Assembly: GCA_017471825.1 (NCBI GenBank)
Contig: JAFURQ010000027.1
Coordinates: forward strand, 59,478 to 123,477
Direction of reading: 5' to 3'
DNA from: Clostridia bacterium
GTDB lineage: Bacteria > Bacillota > Clostridia > Oscillospirales > CAG-272
Length of the DNA stretch: 64,000 nucleotides
Each line of letters begins with the position of its first letter. Within the stretch, counting starts at the first letter, position 1. The notes under the pieces were generated by a model that worked only from the letters and a program-made list of their open reading frames with translations, had not been told where the DNA came from and made no database searches. Shown piece by piece: positions 9,492 through 16,792 of the stretch. A program made the translations under genes and the position numbers.

Positions 9492-10253
9492 TTAAGAAAA
9501 GGAAATTGTTTTTTTCATCCATACGTGTGGGCGTCCTTGCTCGTATTCTATGCCACCCACTCTTGAATATCCGTTTTTTGCATAGAAATTTTCTGCTGAG
9601 CATTGTGAATGCAATAAAATGCACTTACCGCCCATGCGGTATGCATATTTCTCTGCTTCATTAAGCATACGTCTGCCTACTCCGATTCTGCGATACTCTG
9701 CTAAAACGGCAAACCTGCCCAAGATATAGATATCCGTGTCGTCTTTTTTGAACAAACGGCAGGTGGCAATCGGCTTTTTACCATCCATTAAAAGAAAATG
9801 CTTGGCGCGCTCGTCAATATCATCCCATTCGTCGACTAGCTCTTGCTCTTTTGTAAATACCGTTGTGCGAACGTATTTTGCACCGTCGGGAAGACGGCTG
9901 TAAATTTCAATTTTGCCCTCTCGAGAACCTTCTGTATGTACAGCACTTTTAAAGTATTTCTCTTGAAAGGCTATCCTTTTAGTTATTTCCTCGGCGCTAA
10001 ATTCGACGCCATCGGGAGCGACAACCCATTTTTCTTCAACGTCATCCTCACGGCTAACGGTGGCAATAACGGTTCCGTTAAAGCTTTCGATAGGCTCATC
10101 GACACCCAAAACGTAGGCATCCTGTTCCTCACCGTCGCCTCCGATTATCCCGGGAATGTAGCCATAGTTTACCTCGTAAACTATATTTGCGTGCTCAGGA
10201 TGTACACTTCCGAGTGGTCTGTCGATAACTACGTGAACTCTTTTTCCTATCAT
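9492..10253 (-). CDS. fusion protein: inorganic-pyrophosphatase-like N-domain plus GNAT acetyltransferase C-domain
   Basis: The N-terminus reads VIDRPLGSVHPEH..IVYEVNYGYIPG..GGDGEEQDAYVLG. The C-terminus reads LGRFAVLAEYRRIGVGRRML..AE (GNAT motif A). Confidence 0.65.
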   Translation of the reverse strand: MIGKRVHVVIDRPLGSVHPEHANIVYEVNYGYIPGIIGGDGEEQDAYVLGVDEPIESFNGTVIATVSREDDVEEKWVVAPDGVEFSAEEITKRIAFQEKYFKSAVHTEGSREGKIEIYSRLPDGAKYVRTTVFTKEQELVDEWDDIDERAKHFLLMDGKKPIATCRLFKKDDTDIYILGRFAVLAEYRRIGVGRRMLNEAEKYAYRMGGKCILLHSQCSAENFYAKNGYSRVGGIEYEQGRPHVWMKKTISFS

Positions 10254-10262
10254 AATGCGGCG

Positions 10263-10487
10263 TTATTTTTCCACTTGCTCACTGTCGCACGGCGGATTTT
10301 CATTTTGTGTTATTGCCTCGTCTTGCGCATCCTCAGAGCTTTCTTGTATTTCGCTCATATATCCGGCGGTGATAATACCGGCAGGCAATGCGACTATTGC
10401 AATTCCGAGCACGGAAGAAATCATTGTAATAACCAACGATAAAAATGCACTTCTTGAACCTTCAATAAAAGCATTATTGAGAATACA
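10263..10487 (-). pseudogene. 3' remnant of an ion-transport (K+ channel-like) gene: last TM helix and acidic tail only
   Basis: The reverse frame reads ...SLVITMISSVLGIAIVALPAGIITAGYMSEIQE...EQVEK*, which resembles the post-pore S6 segment of bacterial ion transporters. The frame is closed by TAG at 10488-10490 and no pore or N-terminal part is present. The plus-strand ORF 10255..10545 is a shadow. Confidence 0.45.
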
Positions 10488-10503
10488 CTATTTTTCAATA
10501 TCC

Positions 10504-11238
10504 TTACCAATCGTTTTCTTCTTTAACAACAAATTTCCATCTTAGTTTTTCAGCTCTAATACTGCTATATTTTTTAATATGGTCAAAATCGACCTCATCA
10601 CTGTCTACCCAATAAACCATATCATCTTTAAATATTACACTGGAGGAATATATTCTGTTATATGGTCCAAAGGCAAAGTCGATACAGATACCGCCTTCAA
10701 ATTCTAAAATAGCATCAAACGCTGCTTGTGAGTTGAATTTTAATTGTACTGTAGCTTCTTCTTCGCAACTATAAGGATTTGATTTAGCTGTAATTGAAAT
10801 TAAATACCAATCATGAAATCCACCGGTGTGATTCATCATATCTTCTGCTTCATCTTCGTTAGTTATCTCATTCCATTTGTCAGGATCTATATTAGCATTC
10901 ATTTCTTTAGCTAAAGTTATATATTTTTCATCTACTTGATTAGATTGTTCAATAGCTTTAAATACACTGACGTCTTCAATTAACCAGGGATAACCGGCAC
11001 AACTATCGATTTCGCCCATATTAATTTTTAACTTTGACTTTCTAACAAAACCATCTTCATGTTCATTCATTAAACCAATTTGTCTATGACCGTCACATTT
11101 TGCTGAAAAATAAGCAACAATATCAAACTTTTCATCAATTGGATCATACACAACGTAATGAGGCATATAATCATACTTAAAGTAAGCGAATACATACGAA
11201 TAATAAACTTTACCTTTATACTCTATTCTTGCATACAT
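10504..11238 (-). CDS. hypothetical protein in an AT-rich island; the C-terminal half looks like a polymorphic-toxin immunity protein (speculative)
   Basis: The start was set at MYARIEYK (ATG at 11238) because it is preceded by AAGGAGAG. The longer ORF (to 11355) merely reads through a relic of the rumA 3' end. No family was recognised. Confidence 0.55.
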   Translation of the reverse strand: MYARIEYKGKVYYSYVFAYFKYDYMPHYVVYDPIDEKFDIVAYFSAKCDGHRQIGLMNEHEDGFVRKSKLKINMGEIDSCAGYPWLIEDVSVFKAIEQSNQVDEKYITLAKEMNANIDPDKWNEITNEDEAEDMMNHTGGFHDWYLISITAKSNPYSCEEEATVQLKFNSQAAFDAILEFEGGICIDFAFGPYNRIYSSSVIFKDDMVYWVDSDEVDFDHIKKYSSIRAEKLRWKFVVKEENDW

Positions 11239-11310
11239 AACATTTACGCTCTCCTTGTAAAGAATTTCGCCTGCGGGCGAAAGCGATATTATTTTGCTTT
11301 GCTCAATATA

Positions 11311-11355
11311 GTTTGTCTGACGCGTCAGACAAACGACACTCTCGACGTGGGTCAA
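11311..11355 (-). repeat. displaced copy of the rumA-family 3' end (encodes HVESVVCL), embedded in a 24-nt perfect palindrome
   Basis: Positions 11327-11349 (agacaaacgacactctcgacgtg) match 12872-12894 at 21 of 23 nt, and both encode HVESVVCL. The palindrome gtttgtctgacg/cgtcagacaaac spans 11311-11334. Confidence 0.6.
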
Positions 11356-11358
11356 GAC

Positions 11359-11416
11359 GCCAAAAGGTATATTTTTAGGCTAAAAACAGGGGTTGTAAAG
11401 CCAAAAGGTATATTTT
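11359..11416. repeat. 17-nt perfect direct repeat (gccaaaaggtatatttt) in two copies, 41 bp apart
   Basis: The copies at 11359-11375 and 11400-11416 were read directly. Confidence 0.8.
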
Positions 11417-11473
11417 ATTCTCTCTTTTCCCATTCTTTTGAACTGCGACTTAATTATTTATTTGATCGTTTTG

Positions 11474-12208
11474 TCAATCGCCGATAAACTTCCAATATTT
11501 TTTAGTTATAGCTTCTCTTATCTTATCTTCAAGCATAGCGGCGTGATCGTAATCTCGGCTCTCGTTCCATTCTTGACTACTGTAGCTTGCCGCCATTCTG
11601 CGATACTCCGCCCTTATCACTTCTCTTTGCTCCTCTGTCAGATAGCGAACAGGAGTTTTGCGTATGGTTTCCACATCGCACCCAAGCTCCTCGCCTCTAG
11701 CGCGCATTGTGCTATAATAGTTATCAAGAAGCACATTTTCGTCAATGGGATTTGTAATATCTAAGCTTTTGAGCATTTCGTTTTCACAGGGTGTCATATA
11801 TTCAAACGCGCTTATGTCCGTATAGCTTTTCGAAAAGCTCTCGCCGCGATGTAGAATTCTTTTTGTATCTCCATTCTTTATGTTTGGTGGAAAGTAGGCA
11901 AAGCTACCACTATCCAAGCCATGCTGTCCCCAGCCATAACCAAAAAATTGAAAATCCGGAAATGAATACTTACGGATACATACGTTTTTATCGTTTAGCA
12001 TTTCAATAAAAAGCGACTTTGCCTCGGGGCTTATGGCAACCTTTTCTACGCCGTTAACCTCCGTTTGGTATACAATCGAGTTATAGTTGCCGAATTGCTT
12101 TTTGCCCGCAACAGTGAAAATATATTTGCTATCCTCTTTTGCGGAATCGAAAACGAGCATATCCTCGCCGTTTTCGTCTTTATCAAGGTAAATTTTTATG
12201 TAGATCAT
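11474..12208 (-). CDS. hypothetical protein (244 aa), AT-rich island
   Basis: This is a long ORF with coding-like composition. No family was recognised. Confidence 0.55.
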   Translation of the reverse strand: MIYIKIYLDKDENGEDMLVFDSAKEDSKYIFTVAGKKQFGNYNSIVYQTEVNGVEKVAISPEAKSLFIEMLNDKNVCIRKYSFPDFQFFGYGWGQHGLDSGSFAYFPPNIKNGDTKRILHRGESFSKSYTDISAFEYMTPCENEMLKSLDITNPIDENVLLDNYYSTMRARGEELGCDVETIRKTPVRYLTEEQREVIRAEYRRMAASYSSQEWNESRDYDHAAMLEDKIREAITKKYWKFIGD

Positions 12209-12283
12209 AGTTATTCCTCTCTGTATGTTAAAGATACCGCTATAAAATGAACTTTTGAGTTTTGCTCAAAAGCAATATTGTCC

Positions 12284-12637
12284 TTAACTGTTTTCCTTTG
12301 CAGTGGTGATAGATTTAACTAACATACGGCGGATGATTCCACATTCTTGCAAAAGTTCTTTTGAAATTTGTTCGCTTATTGCATTTGAGCCGACGAGCAT
12401 TTCAATCCAATATTCTGTTTCACCGCACTCTTTTAGTGCAATATGGAATTTGTTTATAAAGTCTGCTTTGCTTACAGCATAGTTAGCCTCATGAATATTT
12501 GCTCCAATAGAGGTTGCACTCCTCACGATTTGATTTACAAGAACACCTCTGCCTTTGCGAGTGTCAACCTCGTCACAGACAGCGATTATGTGTAGAGCAA
12601 GTGCCTTTGCTCTTGTGCGTAATTCGGAATCTTTCAT
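12284..12637 (-). CDS. four-helix-bundle protein (23S rRNA intervening-sequence protein / DGR Avd-like family)
   Basis: The 117-aa protein carries ...QIVRSATSIGANIHEANYAVSKADFINKFHIALKECGETEYWIEML..., a typical TIGR02436/PF05635 pattern. Confidence 0.8.
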   Translation of the reverse strand: MKDSELRTRAKALALHIIAVCDEVDTRKGRGVLVNQIVRSATSIGANIHEANYAVSKADFINKFHIALKECGETEYWIEMLVGSNAISEQISKELLQECGIIRRMLVKSITTAKENS

Positions 12638-12659
12638 ATTCTTCCCCTTTGTGTGGTTG

Positions 12660-12850
12660 GTGAAGTTTTGCTCCTTCGTCGCAAAGTGAAGTTACTCACT
12701 TCGTTCGTAGTGAAGTTGTTCGCTTTGCTCACAGTGAAGTTAAGTTCGCCTCAAAATTACTTCTCACTTGCGCCGCAAGCGACGCAAACTTCACTTCGGC
12801 GGTAGCCGAAACTTCACTGCTTTGCAACTTCACTCGCCGCAGGCGAACTT
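12660..12850. repeat. motif array: GTGAAGT four times in direct orientation (24-26 nt period), then ACTTCAC three times (plus one variant), each separated by a different short hairpin
   Basis: GTGAAGT occurs at 12660, 12686, 12710 and 12734. ACTTCAC occurs at 12788, 12811 and 12827, with the variant acttctcac at 12769. The intervening hairpins are ttcggc-ggta-gccgaa, tgc-ttt-gca and tcgcc-gca-ggcga. A 9-bp pairing aagttcgcc (12742)/ggcgaactt (12842) could close the domain. Confidence 0.7.
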
Positions 12851-14229
12851 AGTTGTCGAGTCTGTCGTTTGAGACAAACGACAGACTCGACGTGTCCTGT
12901 CGCAGGAAAAAGGTCGAAGGGTGTAACTGTGCCGGGGGTATAGCCGAGGTCGGCAAAGAGGCGGCAGTCACGGGCAAGAGTCGTCGGATTGCAGGAGATA
13001 TAGACAATTCGTGAGGGGGAAAGAGATGCCGCAAAGCTTACAAGACGGGCATCGCAGCCCGCACGTGGCGGATCCAGAATTACAACGTCGGGGCGGATGG
13101 TGCGGCCAAGCTCGCGCTCGGCGCGTTCAAGGAGCTTTTCGGTGTCTTTGGCGTCACCCGTGTAAAATTTTGCGTGCTTTATATCGTTGGCGGCGGCGTT
13201 TTCGGTGGCGCATTTTACCGCGCTGTCAATGATTTCTATGCCGATAAGCTCGCCGCACTTGTCAGCCATTGAAAGACCGATTGAGCCTGCGCCGCAGAAA
13301 AGGTCGAGCACGGTGTCAGAGCTCTTTGGAGCGGCGAGCTCGCGTGCCTTGGCGTACAGCATATCCGCCGCCGCGCGGTTTACCTGATAAAACGAGGGGG
13401 CGGTTATCTTCAGCCTTACACCGCCGAGGGTGTCGAAAATGTAATCCCTGCCGAAAAGCGTGCGCCATCCGTTGCCGAGAATTACGTTCGTTGCCGCTGT
13501 GTTGGTATTCAGAAGTATTCCTACTATTTCAGGGTATCTCTCGTTCATTATCCGAACAAGCTCACGCTCGCAGGGAATTGAATCACCGTTTATAACGAGA
13601 GTCAAAAGAACCTCTCGGCTGATTTCGCCGCGGCGTAAATATACGTGCCGCAGGAGCCCTGTGCCGCTCTCTTCATCGTATACCGAAACAGAGTGCTTTT
13701 TGAAGAAGGTGGCAAGCGTGTCAAGAATTTCGCCGAAAATTTCGGGCGCAAGAGGGCAGTGGCGCGCCTCGGTTACCCTGTGCGATTTCGGCGCGTAAAA
13801 GCCTATTACGTAATTGCCATCCTTGCCGATAGCGATGGGGTACTGCGCCTTGTTCCTGTAGCCGACAACCTCGGGGGAGGGAACAGCGGGTGCGATTGCC
13901 ACCTCGCGCAGTCCCTCGTGAGCGAATGCCTCGCGCACGGTTTTCTCCTTCAGCTTCAGCTCATGCTCGTAAGAGATGCTTTTGTATGCACAGCTTTTGC
14001 AAGCCGATATATCGCATCTTCCGTCATGGCGCAAGGGGGATTTTTCTATATATTTCTCTACACGCCCTATGGCGTATGATTTATTTACCTTGATAATTCT
14101 CGAGTCTATAACGTCGCCGCTGATAGCATCCGAAACAAATACTATCTGCCCCTCGTGTCTGCCGACACCGAAGCCGAGATTTGTTATGTCGTTTATTTCG
14201 AGTCTGATAATATCGTTCTTTTTAAGCAT
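12814..14229 (-). CDS. 23S rRNA (uracil-5-)-methyltransferase, RumA/TrmA family (TRAM plus Fe-S plus SAM-methyltransferase domains)
   Basis: There is a TRAM-like N-terminus and a Cys cluster CDISACKSCAYKS. DLFCGAGSIGL, DPPRAGC and YISCNPTTLARD are class-I methyltransferase motifs. The C-terminal tail after HVESVVCL runs into the repeat array. Confidence 0.85.
   Translation of the reverse strand: MLKKNDIIRLEINDITNLGFGVGRHEGQIVFVSDAISGDVIDSRIIKVNKSYAIGRVEKYIEKSPLRHDGRCDISACKSCAYKSISYEHELKLKEKTVREAFAHEGLREVAIAPAVPSPEVVGYRNKAQYPIAIGKDGNYVIGFYAPKSHRVTEARHCPLAPEIFGEILDTLATFFKKHSVSVYDEESGTGLLRHVYLRRGEISREVLLTLVINGDSIPCERELVRIMNERYPEIVGILLNTNTAATNVILGNGWRTLFGRDYIFDTLGGVRLKITAPSFYQVNRAAADMLYAKARELAAPKSSDTVLDLFCGAGSIGLSMADKCGELIGIEIIDSAVKCATENAAANDIKHAKFYTGDAKDTEKLLERAERELGRTIRPDVVILDPPRAGCDARLVSFAASLSPSRIVYISCNPTTLARDCRLFADLGYTPGTVTPFDLFPATGHVESVVCLKRQTRQLSSPAASEVAKQ
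12855..12891. repeat. 16-bp perfect inverted repeat overlapping the last conserved codons of the rumA-family gene
   Basis: The sequence gtcgagtctgtcgttt gagac aaacgacagactcgac was read directly. Confidence 0.85.
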
Positions 14230-14293
14230 TTTTATCCTTTCTGCCTACCCGTGTGAAAAATATCGGCAGATTTAGTAAATAATTATTTACAAA

Positions 14294-15133
14294 TCAAATA
14301 AATCCTTCGCCGAATTTCGAGCGGTATTCCTTTGGCGTCATACCAAATGCCGCCTTGAAGGATTTGGTAAAATACGAGGCATCGGTAAAGCCGCATTCCT
14401 CGGCTATTTCCGCGATTGATTTGTCAGTCAGCTCGAGCATTCTCTTTGCCGCCTTGAAGCGATAGGCAATTATGTACTGCCTCAGCGTTATCCCCTTTTT
14501 TTCCTTCAGCATACGGCTGACGTAGAAGGGGTGATATCCGAATATAGCGCCGATTTCGGTGTTGGAAATCTCCTGGTGCGCGTTTTCCCTTATGTAGCTG
14601 TCGAGAGCCTCGACCATTCGCGCAGGCAGGGCATTTTCGCTCTGCGTTTCCGCGAGCTTCAGAAGCAAGAGCTTCAGCTCCGCTGAAACTTGCGCGCGCC
14701 ACTCGCCCTCAGCCGACGTCGCAACGTTGCACATATTGATTATTTTGTCGCGCTCTCCCTCTGCATCCTCGAGCAAGAGCCACTTGTCAAACGGCTCGAT
14801 ATCGGCAAATACGTGTGCCCTCGCGACGTCAAATTCCTCTGCCGTGCTCGGCATAATTTTCTCTATCGGCTCGGGCATTTCAGCAGTTATATCGAAGGCG
14901 AAAACGCAAGCGCGAAGATATTTGCCCTTTAGCTGATATGCGGTGCCTGCCGGGATGTAGAGAAGGTTTCCTGCTCCGAGGTGGAATTTTTTCTCATTAT
15001 CTATCCCAACCGTAACGTCGCCCGATATCAAATATATCAGCCTCGCATCGTAAGCGCGGCACTTTTTTGTGTTTGTTATTTTTTCATAAATTCCCGCTTC
15101 TCTGACAACGGGATTAAGACGTCTGAAATCCAT
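14294..15133 (-). CDS. AraC-family transcriptional regulator (cupin N-domain plus HTH)
   Basis: The C-terminal SIAEIAEECGFTDASYFTKSFKAAFGMTPKEYR is an AraC HTH. Confidence 0.8.
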   Translation of the reverse strand: MDFRRLNPVVREAGIYEKITNTKKCRAYDARLIYLISGDVTVGIDNEKKFHLGAGNLLYIPAGTAYQLKGKYLRACVFAFDITAEMPEPIEKIMPSTAEEFDVARAHVFADIEPFDKWLLLEDAEGERDKIINMCNVATSAEGEWRAQVSAELKLLLLKLAETQSENALPARMVEALDSYIRENAHQEISNTEIGAIFGYHPFYVSRMLKEKKGITLRQYIIAYRFKAAKRMLELTDKSIAEIAEECGFTDASYFTKSFKAAFGMTPKEYRSKFGEGFI

Positions 15134-15292
15134 AAAAGCTCCGTTTCTGCTGTCAAAATATCATACTCCATACTAATTTTAACACTAAAAACCGAAAAAA
15201 GCAATGCTATTTGCGTCTTTTTTGTTTTTAACCACTTTACAAAATGAATCCCTTGTGATAAAATATTCTCAATTCATTAAAAGAGGCGTCCT

Positions 15293-16300
15293 ATGGAGAA
15301 GATAAATACCAAAAATAACGTTAAGCTTTTTGCTTACGCGGGAATAATATTCGTGGTGCTCGTCTGGGGCTTGGTGCCGCCAACGGTATCCTACATATAT
15401 GATTTTTACTCGGGTGCAGTTTACAGCGCCGCGACCTCTCTTATTGCGGCGGTATCGCTTTTGCTCCTCTCGGTAAAAAAGCTTGATTTACTGACGAATG
15501 ATATGCTCAAAATCGCTATCCCCACGGGAATCTTCAACGGCCTTGCCGACCTCGTGCAAAAAATCGGTCTGCAGTACACCACCCCCACCAAATACGCGTT
15601 TCTTGAAAACCTCTCCTGCGTTGTCGTACCGATACTCCTTTTCATCCTTATCAGAAAAAGGCCCGGAGTTCTTACGATAATTGCAAGCATAGTCTGCCTT
15701 GCAGGCTCGTTTGTGCTCACGGGCATGAATTTTTCCGACGGTGCGGCATCCTTTGGCATAGGAGAAATCCTTTGCGCCCTCGCAGGCTGCTTCTATGGCG
15801 TCAATATCGCCATAACCGGTACGTATGCCAAAAAATTCTACGCTCCCCTCTACGTAATGGTGCAAATCTGGGTGCGCTTCGTTATTTCGAGCGCAACTGC
15901 GGTTGTCCTCAATTTCATAAATATCAACGGTCAACCGATAGAGCAGTTCAAATTTTCCTTTGATATATGGAATCTTCTCGTGCTTTTGGCGCTCGGACTC
16001 GTTTCCAACACGCTCTGCTGGACGATAAGAACCAACGCTATGAAGCACATCTCGCCCAACGCTGTCGCAATCATTATGCCGTTTGCCGCCGTTGTCACAG
16101 GCGTGGCTTCAGTAGCGCTCGGTATGGATGAGCTGACGCCCAATCTCTTGATAGGTGCGGGGCTCGGACTCGCCGCCGCCCTGATGTGCAGTTTTGACGA
16201 TATACTTGAAGGGAAGAAAGCGAATAAAAATAAAAGCTCGGATTCTGACGTTTCAGATTCGACAAACGCAGTTGAAGAAGCAACCGAAAAGATAAGCTAA
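15293..16300 (+). CDS. DMT-superfamily (EamA-like) transporter
   Basis: It has roughly 10 TM helices in two EamA-like halves and is divergent from the AraC regulator. Confidence 0.75.
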   Translation: MEKINTKNNVKLFAYAGIIFVVLVWGLVPPTVSYIYDFYSGAVYSAATSLIAAVSLLLLSVKKLDLLTNDMLKIAIPTGIFNGLADLVQKIGLQYTTPTKYAFLENLSCVVVPILLFILIRKRPGVLTIIASIVCLAGSFVLTGMNFSDGAASFGIGEILCALAGCFYGVNIAITGTYAKKFYAPLYVMVQIWVRFVISSATAVVLNFININGQPIEQFKFSFDIWNLLVLLALGLVSNTLCWTIRTNAMKHISPNAVAIIMPFAAVVTGVASVALGMDELTPNLLIGAGLGLAAALMCSFDDILEGKKANKNKSSDSDVSDSTNAVEEATEKIS

Positions 16301-16302
16301 CA

Positions 16303-16330
16303 AAAAAGCGCCGATGAGGCGCTTTTTTGT
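16303..16330 (+). terminator. rho-independent terminator
   Basis: The stem aagcgcc gatg aggcgctt is followed by TTTTTGTTT. Confidence 0.7.
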
Positions 16331-16363
16331 TTGTAATTAGCGACGAAGAACTCGTGGGAGAAT

Positions 16364-16407
16364 CTGCCCCGTCCTACGAGGCTTCTCACAGAGAAGCGAC
16401 GGGGCAG
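16364..16407. repeat. nested hairpin (10-bp outer stem, 7-bp inner stem) at the 3' end of the 4HB pseudogene
   Basis: The outer stem is ctgccccgtc ... gacggggcag and the inner stem is gcttctc aca gagaagc. Confidence 0.8.
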
Positions 16408-16769
16408 GGATTCGGCCTCCACTTTAGTTTCTTTTCTATCGTGATACAAGATGAGGTAAGCATTCTTTTTATTCTGCCGCAAAGATTACGGAGCGACTTG
16501 AAGGTTTGCTCGTCAATTGCACCCGATGCAAAGATAAGCTTGAGCCAAGACTCTGTTTCTGCACATTCTTTCCTTGCAATTTCGAGCTTGGAATGCATAT
16601 CTGCAAGGCTCTGGGGATATTGCGCCTCGGTAATATTGGCAAATACGCTTGACTAGGATTTCTTGATTTGAAAAACGGTGTTGGAGTCAATTTTGTGCTC
16701 ACTGCAAAGCTTGACAATTTTAACTGCCAATTCTTCGCTATACTCTAAAAGCAAATTGCGTTTTGCCAT
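16386..16769 (-). pseudogene. four-helix-bundle (Avd-like / 23S IVS protein) gene interrupted by an in-frame TAG
   Basis: From the ATG at 16769 the translation reads MAKRNLLLEYSEELAVKIVKLCSEHKIDSNTVFQIKKS*SSVFANITEAQYPQSLADMHSKLEIARKECAETESWLKLI.... The TAG at 16653-16655 sits where the family normally has Gly (G-[TS]-S-[IV]-x-A-N-I). AGGAGAAG lies upstream of the start. Confidence 0.7.
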
Positions 16770-16792
16770 CGTTCTTCTCCTATCCGTCCTAA

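Larger units (their letters stand above)
11327..12894 (-). mobile_element. candidate recombinase-less integrative cassette at the 3' end of the rumA-family gene
   Basis: It is bounded by the 23-nt near-identical segments at 11327-11349 and 12872-12894. The interior is AT-rich compared with rumA. No integrase or transposase ORF is present. Confidence 0.4.

Noticed and set aside
10255-10545. 96-aa plus-strand ORF between the PPase-GNAT gene and the AT-rich island
   Set aside because: The reverse strand gives a much more protein-like ion-channel C-terminal remnant. The plus-strand product is low-complexity Ser/Cys/Ile.
12660-12850. Possible CRISPR array (regular 24-26 nt spacing of GTGAAGT)
   Set aside because: The constant unit is only 7 nt and the spacers are 9-19 nt. 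The orientation flips midway. No cas genes are present. This is not a CRISPR architecture.
11311-16769. Diversity-generating retroelement, because Avd-like 4HB genes are present
   Set aside because: No reverse transcriptase ORF occurs anywhere in the window. I could find no roughly 100-150 bp template/variable repeat pair with adenine-specific differences. The duplicated rumA segment is only 23 nt.
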